NCBI GenBank assembly: GCA_963787125.1
Contig: CAWBBV010000024.1
Location: forward strand, 96,001-160,000
Origin: an uncultured delta proteobacterium
GTDB taxonomy: Bacteria > Desulfobacterota > Desulfuromonadia > Geobacterales > DSM-12255
DNA: 64,000 nt
Direction of reading: 5' to 3'
A program made the translations under genes and the position numbers. This document shows positions 19,465 through 29,804 of this stretch, in pieces (position 1 is the first letter of the stretch; each line of letters opens with the position of its first letter). Below the pieces are notes generated by a model. That model was given only the letters and a program-made list of their open reading frames with translations, was not told the origin of the DNA and did not search any database.

Positions 19465-19875
19465 ATGAGATTTTTCAAAAGATTCAACAGAACCGGATTT
19501 ACGCTTATAGAGCTGATGATAGTCATGTCCATAGTCGGAATTCTTGCCGCTATTTCAGCGCCGAATTATCGCTGGGGGCTTATTAAGGCGAGGGAATCAG
19601 TTCTGCGCGAGCATTTGTATACATTTCGTTCAACGATAGATCAGTTTTATGCCGATAACGGCAAGTATCCTGACAGTCTCGAGGAGTTAATTAAGAGAGA
19701 GAAGCAGTATCTGCCGGCAATACCGACAGATCCTTTTACCGGGAAAGCTGATTGGATTCCAATTGGTCCTGCCGCACCGGCTGATGGGAGCAAGGTCGAA
19801 GGTTCTGTATCTGAAGTGCACAGCGCTTCAACCCTCGTCGGATCTAATAATGTCCCATACAATGAATGGAAGTGA
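19465..19875 (+). CDS. oxpG: Type II secretion pseudopilin, OxpG-like
   Basis: G|FTLIELMIV, IDQFYADNGKYPDSLEEL, IPTDPFT; last pseudopilin before ftsE, as recalled for the Geobacter oxpG locus. Confidence 0.7.
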   Translation: MRFFKRFNRTGFTLIELMIVMSIVGILAAISAPNYRWGLIKARESVLREHLYTFRSTIDQFYADNGKYPDSLEELIKREKQYLPAIPTDPFTGKADWIPIGPAAPADGSKVEGSVSEVHSASTLVGSNNVPYNEWK

Positions 19876-19882
19876 CTGAGAG

Positions 19883-20560
19883 ATGATAGAGCTGCATAAC
19901 ACGACCGTCCAGTATCAAACAGATTCTCCGGCGCTTTCGGGTATCAATCTCAGTATTACCAAAGGGGAGTTTGTTTTCCTGACTGGTTCATCAGGTGCGG
20001 GAAAATCTACCCTGCTTAAGTTAGTATACGGGGCTGTTGAGCCGATTCGCGGACATATAGTTGTCGATGGCCAGAATCTGTCCAGAATGCCAAGAAAAAA
20101 TCTGCCGCTGCTTAGACGCAATATCGGTGTGGTTTTTCAAGATTTCAAGCTGCTAAATAACCGGTCGGTTTTTGATAATGTTGCGTTGACTCTCGAAGTA
20201 CTCGGCTGGGAGAGTAAAGATATCGGCAAGAAAGTCTACCATGTTTTGAAACGCCTGGGTATTGAACACAAAATGGATGCGGCGCCGCTGCGTCTTTCCG
20301 GTGGCGAACAGCAGCGTGTAGCTCTTGCCAGAGCTCTTGTCAATGAACCACGGATCCTTCTGGCAGATGAACCGACAGGAAATCTTGATGAGAGTAACAA
20401 ATCCCAGATTTTGCAGATTTTCAAAGAGGCTAATATTCGCGGTACTACAGTGTTGATCGCTACTCATGATAAAAGAGTTTTCAGTACAGTTCATTCCAGA
20501 GTTGTGCATCTGGTAAAAGGGGTTTTGCAGGAGGCCGATGATGTCACGCCAGCGGCATAA
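19883..20560 (+). CDS. ftsE: Cell division ATP-binding protein FtsE
   Basis: [39 protein letters not shown]. Confidence 0.93.
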   Translation: MIELHNTTVQYQTDSPALSGINLSITKGEFVFLTGSSGAGKSTLLKLVYGAVEPIRGHIVVDGQNLSRMPRKNLPLLRRNIGVVFQDFKLLNNRSVFDNVALTLEVLGWESKDIGKKVYHVLKRLGIEHKMDAAPLRLSGGEQQRVALARALVNEPRILLADEPTGNLDESNKSQILQIFKEANIRGTTVLIATHDKRVFSTVHSRVVHLVKGVLQEADDVTPAA

Positions 20561-21485
20561 CGTCAGACCTCAGGCTGCGTCCCTTGGCGGGGGAGGGCAA
20601 CTTCGCTACTTTACTTCAAAGGCGCTCACCAACCTTCGCGGCAACCGTCTGGTCACCCTGATTACTGTCAGTACCATCACCCTCGCGCTCTTGATAATTT
20701 CTCTGTTCATGCTGATTTACGTCAACTTGGAAGGGACGATCGATCAGTGGAGCAAAAAAGTTGTTGTGACCGTATATTTTGACAAGGATCCTTTGCCACA
20801 GGATTTAGCCGTACTCAAGAGCCGGATTAATGGTCTTCCCGGAACTGAAACAGTTCAGTATGTCTCCAGGGATGAAGCAATGAAAAAATTCCGCTCCCGT
20901 CTTAAAGGCCAGGAGTCACTCCTAGAGGGAGTCTCGGCAGATATTTTACCGGCGTCATTCGAGATTACCCTTAAAAAACAGTTTCGTGCTTCTGACGATG
21001 TAGCCCTTTATGTCAACAGACTCAAGCATGTTCAAGGTGTCGGTGAGGTGCAGTATGGTGAAGAGTGGGTAAAGAAATTTCTGACCTTTTTTCAGTTTAT
21101 CCGGATTCTAGGCCTGATGATCGCTATTTTTCTTATACTTGCAGTGCTCTTTATTGTTTCAAATACAATAAAACTGACTGTGCTCGCTCGTCATGATGAG
21201 TTGGAGATTCTTGCGCTTGTGGGGGCAACGCCGTTTTTTATAAAGGCTCCTTTTCTGATAGAAGGGATGTTGCAAGGGGCGGTCGGAGCGTTAGCTGCAG
21301 TTGCAATTCTTACCGCAGGTTATTACGCGCTGCTTGCCAATGCCGTTAACTTTCTTTCGTTCAATCCGGCCGATGCCGGGCTGATGTTTCTGCCGCTTTC
21401 ATACCTGGCTGCTCTCTTTACCGGTGGTGTCTTCCTTGGCTTTATCGGCAGTCTTGTGTCGCTCAAGAAGTTGATAGCCATTTGA
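20538..21485 (+). CDS. ftsX: Cell division permease FtsX
   Basis: IVSNTIKLTV.AR..E.EI..LVGAT..FIK.PFLIEG signature. Confidence 0.93.
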   Translation: MMSRQRHNVRPQAASLGGGGQLRYFTSKALTNLRGNRLVTLITVSTITLALLIISLFMLIYVNLEGTIDQWSKKVVVTVYFDKDPLPQDLAVLKSRINGLPGTETVQYVSRDEAMKKFRSRLKGQESLLEGVSADILPASFEITLKKQFRASDDVALYVNRLKHVQGVGEVQYGEEWVKKFLTFFQFIRILGLMIAIFLILAVLFIVSNTIKLTVLARHDELEILALVGATPFFIKAPFLIEGMLQGAVGALAAVAILTAGYYALLANAVNFLSFNPADAGLMFLPLSYLAALFTGGVFLGFIGSLVSLKKLIAI

Positions 21486-22672
21486 GCGCCATGCTTGTCA
21501 GAATACTGATACAGGCGGTCGTTATTCTGCTTTATAGCGCAGTCATTCATGCTGATGTGCACGATGATCTCAAAGGTATCAATAGCCAGATAAAGGAGAA
21601 GCAGCAGCTTCTTAAACAGACCAAGAAGATTGAAATAAAGGTCTCATCCGAGCTTGTGCTTATCGAAAAGAATCTTAAGGAAAAAGAATCAAATCTGAGC
21701 CATTTGAACAGTGAAATGAAAGTTGTCGAGTCTGGGGTTGCCAATACTCATAAGCAAATGCAGTTGACCCTGGCTGAGATTGATAGTAAAAAAGCGCAGA
21801 TTTCAAGGCGGATCTCTTCTCTTTATAAGGCTGGTGAAATGGGGAATGTGCGGATGTTTTTCTCCTCTGGCTCAATCCCCCAGGCCCTTGAAAATCATCG
21901 CTATATGAAATCAGTACTTGAAACTGACAGGCGACTTTTTCTGGATTACCAGAACAGATTGCTGCAACTAAAAGTTCTGAAAGAAGCTCTTGAGAAAGAA
22001 GCCGAAAAAAAAGAGAAACTTTCCCAGCGCATCAAAGGTAAAAAACTCGAAATAGAGAGTGAAAAAACTAAAAAATCTGTGCTTCTCACGCAAGTCAGGC
22101 AGGAGAAAAAGGAGTATCAGAGCTCTCTCAAAGAGCTGCAGGCAAATGCCCGTAGATTGCAGTCAATGGTTGAAAGGCTTGAAGCCAGAAGCAGAAAGAG
22201 CTATAGTCAAAAGGATGAGAGAAAGAAGTTAGTTCCTGGAGATCATCCGCAACCTCCTGTCAGTGATAAAGGGTTTGGCGCTCAACGAGGCAAACTTTCT
22301 CTGCCGGCAGCAGGCGAGATCATAAGCCGTTTTGGCAAGCATAAGCACCCGGAGTTCAATTCGTTTACCTTCAACAATGGTATTACAGTCGCGGCTGCTA
22401 TGAATGCCGACATCAAAGCTGTTTTTGACGGCGAGGTCATTTTTGCAGACAAGTTCAAAGGTTATGGCAATATGCTGATAATCGATCATGGCGGCGGTTA
22501 TTTCACTCTTTATGCCCACGCAGCCAGAATTGACAGAAAAGTAGGTGCAGTAGTCCATAAAAACGAAGTTGTTGCCCATGTTGGTGATACTGATTCTTCC
22601 AGTGGATCCCAACTTTATTTTGAAATCCGCTATCAGGGTAAGCCGATTGATCCAGGTCCTTGGCTTAGATGA
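21482..22672 (+). CDS. envC: EnvC-like murein hydrolase activator (coiled coil plus degenerate M23)
   Basis: Long coiled coil; GYGNMLIIDHGGGYFTLYAH, LYFEIR; follows ftsEX. Confidence 0.82.
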   Translation: MSAMLVRILIQAVVILLYSAVIHADVHDDLKGINSQIKEKQQLLKQTKKIEIKVSSELVLIEKNLKEKESNLSHLNSEMKVVESGVANTHKQMQLTLAEIDSKKAQISRRISSLYKAGEMGNVRMFFSSGSIPQALENHRYMKSVLETDRRLFLDYQNRLLQLKVLKEALEKEAEKKEKLSQRIKGKKLEIESEKTKKSVLLTQVRQEKKEYQSSLKELQANARRLQSMVERLEARSRKSYSQKDERKKLVPGDHPQPPVSDKGFGAQRGKLSLPAAGEIISRFGKHKHPEFNSFTFNNGITVAAAMNADIKAVFDGEVIFADKFKGYGNMLIIDHGGGYFTLYAHAARIDRKVGAVVHKNEVVAHVGDTDSSSGSQLYFEIRYQGKPIDPGPWLR

Positions 22673-22744
22673 GGATCAGTTAGATGCAACACATAAAATA
22701 AACCATGTCAGAAAACCATATCTCAAGTTTTAGTTGGAGGATTA

Positions 22745-24070
22745 ATGCTTAGTAATAACCGGGTTCGCAGGTATTTCCTTGTTTCTCTTATAACAGTTCT
22801 CGTCACACTTGTCTCAGTGACTGCATATCGCAGTGCTACTGCGGCTGGCACCGATTATGAGTCTATTGAGCTTTTTACTGATGTTCTGGCGATTGTCAAG
22901 AAGAGCTATGTTGAAGAGGTTGATACAAAAAAGCTGATCTACGGCGCGATCAACGGCATGCTTACAGCACTTGATCCGCACAGCTCCTTCATGCCGCCTG
23001 AAACTTACAAGGAACTGAAAATTGATACAAAAGGGGAGTTTGGCGGTCTTGGCATCGAAATATCCATCAAGGACGGGGTGCTCACGGTTATCTCTCCAAT
23101 TGAAGATACTCCGGCCTTTCGCGCCGGCGTAAAGTCAGGAGACCAGATTCTCAAGATCGATGACAAATTCACCAAAGACCTCTCTATCATGGATGCAGTC
23201 AAACGAATGCGCGGCAACAAGGGGAGCAAGGTTACCCTTACCCTTATGCGCGAAGGTTTTGACAAGCCTAAAGAGTTTCCGCTTGTCAGGGACGTAATTC
23301 AGGTTAAGAGTGTCAAGTTCAAGATGCTTGATGATGGCTACGGTTATGTGCGCATTGCCCAATTCCAGGAGAAAACTTCTGACGATCTGCAAAAAGCCCT
23401 TGCCAGTCTGAATGAAACCAGCAAGGGAAAGCTGAAAGGACTTGTCCTTGATCTCCGCAATGATCCCGGCGGGCTTCTGGATCAGGCGGTCAAAGTATCG
23501 GAAACATTCCTCAATGAAGGTCAGCTGATTGTTTATACGGAAGGGCGGGAAAAAGATGCCCAGATGAAATTCTCTTCCCGAAAAGGCGACAAACAGCCGA
23601 ATTATCCGATAGTTGCTCTTATCAACAGCGGGAGTGCCAGCGCTTCCGAGATTGTTGCCGGCGCACTTCAGGATCACAAACGTGCAGTAGTCATGGGTGT
23701 ACAGAGTTTTGGCAAAGGTTCTGTGCAAACAATCATTCCACTCTCCGACAATTCCGGTCTCAGACTGACAACTGCAAAATATTTCACCCCTAGTGGCAGG
23801 TCGATTCAAGCCAAAGGGATAACACCAGACATCGTGGTGGAGAGGATTGAATTAGCATCTACTGAAAAGAAAGAGTCGATGCATCTGCGGGAAAAAGATC
23901 TGGATAATCACTTTGAAAATGACAAAAAAGAGCAGCCCTCAGTGCAGAAGGAGACTCTTCCGCTCTACAAGACCGATGAGCAGGTGAAGAATGACTATCA
24001 GTTGCTGCGAGCGCTTGATCTTCTCAAAGGGTGGGAGATTCTCAAGAAGGTCATGGTTACATCTTCGTAA
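22745..24070 (+). CDS. ctpA: Carboxy-terminal processing protease (S41)
   Basis: LDPHS, GGLGI PDZ, LDLRNDPGG, SASASEI, FGKGSVQ. Confidence 0.93.
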   Translation: MLSNNRVRRYFLVSLITVLVTLVSVTAYRSATAAGTDYESIELFTDVLAIVKKSYVEEVDTKKLIYGAINGMLTALDPHSSFMPPETYKELKIDTKGEFGGLGIEISIKDGVLTVISPIEDTPAFRAGVKSGDQILKIDDKFTKDLSIMDAVKRMRGNKGSKVTLTLMREGFDKPKEFPLVRDVIQVKSVKFKMLDDGYGYVRIAQFQEKTSDDLQKALASLNETSKGKLKGLVLDLRNDPGGLLDQAVKVSETFLNEGQLIVYTEGREKDAQMKFSSRKGDKQPNYPIVALINSGSASASEIVAGALQDHKRAVVMGVQSFGKGSVQTIIPLSDNSGLRLTTAKYFTPSGRSIQAKGITPDIVVERIELASTEKKESMHLREKDLDNHFENDKKEQPSVQKETLPLYKTDEQVKNDYQLLRALDLLKGWEILKKVMVTSS

Positions 24071-24094
24071 TTCTGCAGTATCCAAGAGGAATTT

Positions 24095-25468
24095 ATGCGA
24101 AAGATTTTTTTAGCAGCAGCCATGATGATGTTTCTCCAGTTAACAGTTAAAGCCGACGCTGCATCTATTTTTGTAGTGCCTGGCGGGAACGGTGTTTATT
24201 ATGTGAGAGGCGTTGATTTCAATGAAATCGGTGGTGTTGAAGTAGAGATCCAGTATGACACTGCCACTCTCTCCAATCCCAGGATTACTCAGGGGGCAAT
24301 GCTTGCATCAACAATGTTTATCCCGAACACTAAGTTCAGCGCATCCTCAGTCAAGATTGCAGCAATGTCACTATCTGCTATCAAAGGCAGCGGTGATCTG
24401 GCAGTTTTAAACTTTGACCTTAAGGGTGGCGCACCTGGTTCTGTTTCAATTATTAGATCAAAGCTTGCTGCTGCGACAGGTACAGCTGTCAAGCATGACA
24501 CACCGACAGCCCCTGTTAATACACCTAATGACCCAGGGGCAACACAAGCTGGTTACACCCCCACAACTGGCCAATCAAGCGGCTCCGCTACTGCAGGCGC
24601 CGCCTCTGGTGGAGTGTCTGGCGGAGTGTCTGGCAGTCCGTCAATAGGCACAATAACTCTGCCGCAGGACCAGCTTGCCTCAACAGACAAAAAGACCGAG
24701 TATCAACCTCTGGTGACTGACCTGCGCAAAGATATGACTATACCGCTTGGGGGGGCTGAGGCAGGACAGAGCAGTGTTGGTAAGCAGAAGGATAACAAGG
24801 GGAAAGAAGAGGAAAAGAAATTTGTCTCCTATAAAAGCGTGCAGCAGTTTTTCAAGGAGTTCAAGGGCGAAAAAACACCAAAGGATCTGATTGCCATCTT
24901 TGCAGATGCCCAGATACCAGGGTTCACTCAAGAACCACCAATCGCCTTTACTGACGGTAAAACTCCGTTACGGCTCACTTTGGTGCTGAAGCAGAGCGGC
25001 AGCGAAGCCCCTAAATTCATCATGCAAGGGGCAAATATAAAGCAGTTGAGCGAGGAAGGTGAGGAGCTAATAACCTGGAATATAGACGCTATTCCCAGGA
25101 AAGACGCTGCAGAGGCAACGCTGACGATTATCGATGGTCAAATTATCATGGAGATTCCTCTGACGGTCACTGCCAAGATTGATCCTCTCCTGACAAAGGG
25201 TAAGGCACTTTCAGAAGCTGATTTTGCCCTCTATCTTAGTAAGCCGGCCAAGTTTGATCTTAATAAAGATGAGAAATTTGATGCGCAGGATGATTTTATT
25301 TACACGGCAAACTATATCAGCGCCATGAAGATCAAACCGGAAAAACTGAGGAAAGAAGAGAAAAAAGAGCAGTCAAAGCCGGAAGTGAAAAGTGAGAAAA
25401 CAACAGAACCTGCCAAGGCAAAGGATGAGAAGGGTAAAAGTGCAGATAAGCCTACTCTAAAGCCTTAA
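24095..25468 (+). CDS. Secreted protein with N-terminal cohesin-like domain and C-terminal dockerin/EF-hand-like motif
   Basis: Signal peptide; IGGVEVEIQYD...GSGDLAVLNF (cohesin-like); T/S/G/A-rich linker; FDLNKDEKFDAQDD; Lys/Glu-rich tail. Confidence 0.6.
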   Translation: MRKIFLAAAMMMFLQLTVKADAASIFVVPGGNGVYYVRGVDFNEIGGVEVEIQYDTATLSNPRITQGAMLASTMFIPNTKFSASSVKIAAMSLSAIKGSGDLAVLNFDLKGGAPGSVSIIRSKLAAATGTAVKHDTPTAPVNTPNDPGATQAGYTPTTGQSSGSATAGAASGGVSGGVSGSPSIGTITLPQDQLASTDKKTEYQPLVTDLRKDMTIPLGGAEAGQSSVGKQKDNKGKEEEKKFVSYKSVQQFFKEFKGEKTPKDLIAIFADAQIPGFTQEPPIAFTDGKTPLRLTLVLKQSGSEAPKFIMQGANIKQLSEEGEELITWNIDAIPRKDAAEATLTIIDGQIIMEIPLTVTAKIDPLLTKGKALSEADFALYLSKPAKFDLNKDEKFDAQDDFIYTANYISAMKIKPEKLRKEEKKEQSKPEVKSEKTTEPAKAKDEKGKSADKPTLKP

Positions 25469-25495
25469 ATACAATTTGCCTCAAAGTTGGGAATT

Positions 25496-25535
25496 AAAGA
25501 CCTCCGGAGGATCAAAATCCCGGAGGTCTTTTTTG
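25496..25535. terminator. Bidirectional terminator-like hairpin between convergent genes
   Basis: AAAGACCTCCGG...CCGGAGGTCTTTTTT. Confidence 0.65.
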
Positions 25536-26369
25536 TTCAAGAGCTGCAAGTATCTCAGAGGTAACCTGAAGGTTGCCACGTCCTTTGCCCATGAATAAAC
25601 CTTCTTCAGTCCCGTGAAAATCGGAGCCTCCGGTTACTACAAGTCCCATAGAGTCAGCAAGATGGCGCAAGAATCCTTCATCGCCGTCAAATCCCATGGT
25701 GTTGAACGCTTCTATGCCGCCAAGACCTCTTAAGCACATATCCCTGATGATCATCAAAAGCTCTTCCCGGCTGCGGGACATGCTCTGGGGGTGGGCGAGT
25801 ACCGGCACTCCGCCGATCCGTCTGATCTCTTTCACCGCTTCATCGAAGGCCAGATATTCTTTCGGCACATTGCACGGTACAAGGTAATTATTGAAAGCAT
25901 CCTGCATATTGGCTGCATAACCTTTTGCAATGAGTATCCTGGCGATATGAGGTCTTCCGAGAGATCCTTCTGCAAGCGCCATTACCTCACTGCTTTCTAT
26001 CGGCTGCCTCCCTTCTGAATCAAGCTTGCTGTTTATCCTTTCAATTACGTGCAACCCCCTGCTTTCCCGTTTTTCACGGAAATGTGTCAGCAGGTCTACA
26101 AAGGCTTGATCTGAATGATCAATCCAGTAGCCGAGGATGTGGACATCGTGGTATTTTTCATATTCAACAGAGAGCTCTACTGCCGGAATTACTTTGATAG
26201 CGAATCTTGCCGCCGCGCTGATCGCTTCATCTATTCCGTCGATCGAGTCATGATCGGCAATTGCAATAGCCGATAATTTAGCATCAGCAGCCATCCTTAT
26301 CAGTTCTGCCGGTTTAAATACGCCGTCAGATGAGGTTGAGTGTATATGCAAGTCTACAAGTTGTGCCAT
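25512..26369 (-). CDS. PHP-domain phosphoesterase (TrpH/YciV-like)
   Basis: DLHIHSTSSDG, ADHD, AVELS, VHILGY, LAHP, TGGSDFHG. Confidence 0.9.
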   Translation of the reverse strand: MAQLVDLHIHSTSSDGVFKPAELIRMAADAKLSAIAIADHDSIDGIDEAISAAARFAIKVIPAVELSVEYEKYHDVHILGYWIDHSDQAFVDLLTHFREKRESRGLHVIERINSKLDSEGRQPIESSEVMALAEGSLGRPHIARILIAKGYAANMQDAFNNYLVPCNVPKEYLAFDEAVKEIRRIGGVPVLAHPQSMSRSREELLMIIRDMCLRGLGGIEAFNTMGFDGDEGFLRHLADSMGLVVTGGSDFHGTEEGLFMGKGRGNLQVTSEILAALEQKRPPGF

Positions 26370-26409
26370 TTATAATTCCTTATGTTTGCAGAAGGTTATG
26401 GAGATCGGG

Positions 26410-27063
26410 ATGAAATTTGATATTGATGCTGTAATTGCAATTCTAGAAGATGCAGTTGTTGTCTGGGACACTCCGGCAGTAACCATAATATCCCAACGGG
26501 ATGGCGACCCGTTCAAGGTGCTGATCTCCTGTATCCTGTCGTTAAGGACAAAAGATACAACGACCGGACCAGCATCACTGAGACTTTTCAATCTTGCCGA
26601 CACTCCGCAAAAGATGCTGCAGCTCGATCAGCTGAATATTGAAGAGGCAATCTACCCGGTGGGTTTCTTCAGGAACAAGAGTGCGCAGATTTTGGAAATA
26701 TGCCGATTGCTGCTAGAAAAATATGCCGGATGCGTTCCGGAGTCAATAGAAGAACTGCTCACATTCAAAGGGGTCGGTAGAAAAACTGCCAATCTTGTGG
26801 TTACGCTCGGCTTTAATAAACCAGGAATATGCGTTGATACCCATGTACACAGGATCTGTAATCATTGGGGCTACGTAAAGACTAAAACGCCGGAAGAGAC
26901 CGAATTCAGGCTGCGAGAGATTCTTCCGGAACGATACTGGTTACGAATAAATGACTTGCTGGTGACATTCGGCCAGAATCTCTGCAAACCGGTTTCACCA
27001 CTATGTTCACAGTGCCCGCTCTATATTTTCTGTGAGCGAAACAATGTTACAAAAAATAGGTGA
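26410..27063 (+). CDS. nth: Endonuclease III
   Basis: HhH GVGRKTANLV, VDTHVHRI, Fe-S motif C-x6-C-x2-C-x5-C. Confidence 0.9.
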   Translation: MKFDIDAVIAILEDAVVVWDTPAVTIISQRDGDPFKVLISCILSLRTKDTTTGPASLRLFNLADTPQKMLQLDQLNIEEAIYPVGFFRNKSAQILEICRLLLEKYAGCVPESIEELLTFKGVGRKTANLVVTLGFNKPGICVDTHVHRICNHWGYVKTKTPEETEFRLREILPERYWLRINDLLVTFGQNLCKPVSPLCSQCPLYIFCERNNVTKNR

Positions 27064-27148
27064 GCCAATATTGCATTCTTCTATTAAATCTGTATAGTAA
27101 CGGATCAGTTTATAATGCTTTTAATCAATCTCTTCTTGGAGGTCGGTC

Positions 27149-28015
27149 ATGTTGAAAAAAGTTGGATTTCTTGGTCTGGGAACTGTCGGCAAGCATATGG
27201 CAATCAATCTTCTCAAAGGCAATTACGACCTGACAGTCTATGATTCTGACAGGTCAGTCGCAGCCGAACTTGTAGTCCTTGGCGCGAAGCTTGCTAATAC
27301 CCCGCGTGAGGCTGCCAAAGGGATGGACATAGTTCTTCATATCCGCCCGGAGAAAGAGCGGCTTAGGCCAGATATCTACGGCGATGACGGTATTTTTGCA
27401 GGCATTGATCCTGGTACAATTCTGGTGGATATGGGAACCCATTCGCTGGAAAGCACTCTTGAGATCGCCGATGAAGCTGCCAAACATCGCGTTCAGTTTC
27501 TGGATGCACCGGTCTGGGGAACAAAGGAGCATGCTGCCAACGGGCTGATTACCATACTGGCAGGGGGCGATTTGTCAACTATTGGCCGTTGTCGGGAACT
27601 TTTTTCTCACTTTGGACTCAGCATTATTCATGTCGGCGCGGTTGGCGATGGAACCAGGATGAAGTTTATAGTCAATCTGGTTCAAGCCGAGCTGCTTCAG
27701 GCTCTTTCTGAAGGACTGGTCTTTGGAGAGAAAATGGGTTTCTCAGCGGATAAGATTCTCGAAGTGCTTGATTCTGGCGGAGTTGCTTCACCACTTTTCC
27801 ATTCAAAGGGGCGAACAATGGCTAGAGGCGATTTTACCCGTAATCTTGCCCTCAAATATGTCCATCAGCAGCTTGAACTGGTTCTTGATCAGGCCAAGAA
27901 GCTTGAGCTTGATCTTCCCGGCGCAGCCTGTGCCTGTAGCCTCTACGAGCAGGCCGATAAGGATGGCAGAGGCGAAGAGGATTTTTCTGCTGTTATCAAG
28001 GTTCTCAGGAAATAG
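27149..28015 (+). CDS. NAD(P)-dependent beta-hydroxyacid dehydrogenase family protein
   Basis: GFLGLGTVG, FLDAPVWG, catalytic K..N segment. Confidence 0.85.
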   Translation: MLKKVGFLGLGTVGKHMAINLLKGNYDLTVYDSDRSVAAELVVLGAKLANTPREAAKGMDIVLHIRPEKERLRPDIYGDDGIFAGIDPGTILVDMGTHSLESTLEIADEAAKHRVQFLDAPVWGTKEHAANGLITILAGGDLSTIGRCRELFSHFGLSIIHVGAVGDGTRMKFIVNLVQAELLQALSEGLVFGEKMGFSADKILEVLDSGGVASPLFHSKGRTMARGDFTRNLALKYVHQQLELVLDQAKKLELDLPGAACACSLYEQADKDGRGEEDFSAVIKVLRK

Positions 28016-28036
28016 CGATTCGAAGTCAGCTTATAC

Positions 28037-28069
28037 AAAAGGACAGTCTAAAGCGACTGTCCTTTTTTT
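28037..28069 (+). terminator. Intrinsic terminator
   Basis: AAAAGGACAGTC-TAAAGC-GACTGTCCTTTTTTT. Confidence 0.8.
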
Positions 28070-28111
28070 CGTAACTGGTCTCAGATAAATTATGAAGGAG
28101 ATTTGCAAACA

Positions 28112-29788
28112 ATGAGTATAGATCCGAACAAAGTAATTTACTCAATGATGAGGGTTTCAAAGTTTTACGACAAAAAACCGGTCATTAAGGACATTTCCCT
28201 TTCCTATTTCTATGGGGCTAAAATAGGTGTCCTTGGTCTGAACGGCTCAGGTAAAAGCTCTCTTTTGCGAATAATGGCCGGAGTTGACAACGACTATAAC
28301 GGCAAGGCTGTCCTGTCCCAAGGCTACTCTGTCGGCTTTCTTGAGCAGGAGCCAAAGCTTGATGAAGCTAAAAACGTCAGGCAGATTGTGGAAGAGGGGT
28401 GTCAGGAGACCGTTGATCTACTGGCAGAGTTCAACGCCATCACTGACAAGTTTTCCGAGCCGGATGCTGATTTTGAAAAACTCTGTGATCGTCAGGCTGT
28501 ACTTCAGGATAAACTTGACCATTTGGATGCCTGGGATCTTGATGCAAGGCTTGAAATGGCGATGGATGCTCTCCGTTGCCCAGATGGTGATGCTTCTGTG
28601 AAAATCCTGTCAGGCGGGGAGAAAAGACGTGTTGCTCTCTGCCGCCTTTTGTTGCAAAAACCTGATATTCTCCTGCTTGATGAGCCTACCAATCATCTTG
28701 ACGCCGAAACTGTGGCCTGGCTTGAGCAGCATCTACAGAGGTATGAAGGGACTGTCATTGCTGTTACTCATGATCGTTACTTTCTTGACAATGTTGCCGG
28801 TTGGATCCTTGAGCTTGACAGAGGCGAGGGAATCCCCTGGAAAGGAAATTATTCATCATGGCTGGAGCAGAAACAGAACCGGCTTGCCACAGAAGAGAAA
28901 CAGGAGAGCGATCGTCAGAAAACTCTGCAAAGAGAGCTTGAATGGATAAGGATGTCACCAAAAGGGCGTCATGCCAAGTCACAGGCGCGTATTACAGCTT
29001 ACGACCAGCTGGTCTCGCAGGAAACTGACAAGTTGGCCAAAGATCTGGAGATTTATATTCCATCAGGTCCGCGGCTCGGTGATGTCGTCATAGAGGCTGA
29101 TTCAGTCTCAAAAGCCTTTGGTGATCGGCTCCTCTTTGACTCCCTCTCGTTCAGGCTCCCAAAAGGTGGCATCGTCGGCGTAATAGGGCCAAACGGTGCA
29201 GGAAAAACTACCCTTTTCAGGATGATAACAGGTCAGGAAGTCGCTGACAGTGGCACTTTCAAGGTTGGTGAGACCGTGAAAGTTGGATATGTGGATCAGA
29301 GTCGGGATTCGCTTGATGCAGAAAAAAATATCTGGGAGGAGATTTCGGAAGGTGCTGAGCAGATTCAGCTGGGTAAGATATCCGTCAACTCAAGAGCTTA
29401 TGTGTCCAGATTTAATTTTTCCGGCGCTGATCAGCAGAAAAAGGTCGGAATGATTTCCGGAGGGGAAAGGAACAGGGTTCATCTCGCTAAAATTCTAAAA
29501 GAGGGGGCAAATGTGCTGCTTCTTGACGAACCAACCAACGATCTTGATGTCAATACCATGAGAGCTCTTGAAGAGGCATTGGAGAACTTTACCGGCTGTG
29601 CCGTGGTCATCAGTCACGACAGGTGGTTCCTTGACAGGATAGCTACCCATATTCTTGCTTTTGAAGGTGAGAGTTCTGTGGTCTGGTTTGAAGGTAATTT
29701 CTCAGAGTATGAAGAAGATAGAAAAAGACGACTTGGTGCTGCGGCTGACCAACCCCACCGGATCAGATACCGCTCTCTGACAAGATAG
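28112..29788 (+). CDS. ettA: Energy-dependent translational throttle protein (ABC-F)
   Basis: GAKIGVLGLNGSGKS, twin ABC domains, WKGNYSSWLEQK, ELEWIR..PKGR.AKS, C-terminal PHRIRY. Confidence 0.95.
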   Translation: MSIDPNKVIYSMMRVSKFYDKKPVIKDISLSYFYGAKIGVLGLNGSGKSSLLRIMAGVDNDYNGKAVLSQGYSVGFLEQEPKLDEAKNVRQIVEEGCQETVDLLAEFNAITDKFSEPDADFEKLCDRQAVLQDKLDHLDAWDLDARLEMAMDALRCPDGDASVKILSGGEKRRVALCRLLLQKPDILLLDEPTNHLDAETVAWLEQHLQRYEGTVIAVTHDRYFLDNVAGWILELDRGEGIPWKGNYSSWLEQKQNRLATEEKQESDRQKTLQRELEWIRMSPKGRHAKSQARITAYDQLVSQETDKLAKDLEIYIPSGPRLGDVVIEADSVSKAFGDRLLFDSLSFRLPKGGIVGVIGPNGAGKTTLFRMITGQEVADSGTFKVGETVKVGYVDQSRDSLDAEKNIWEEISEGAEQIQLGKISVNSRAYVSRFNFSGADQQKKVGMISGGERNRVHLAKILKEGANVLLLDEPTNDLDVNTMRALEEALENFTGCAVVISHDRWFLDRIATHILAFEGESSVVWFEGNFSEYEEDRKRRLGAAADQPHRIRYRSLTR

Positions 29789-29804
29789 CAACAGTGAGGT
29801 TATA

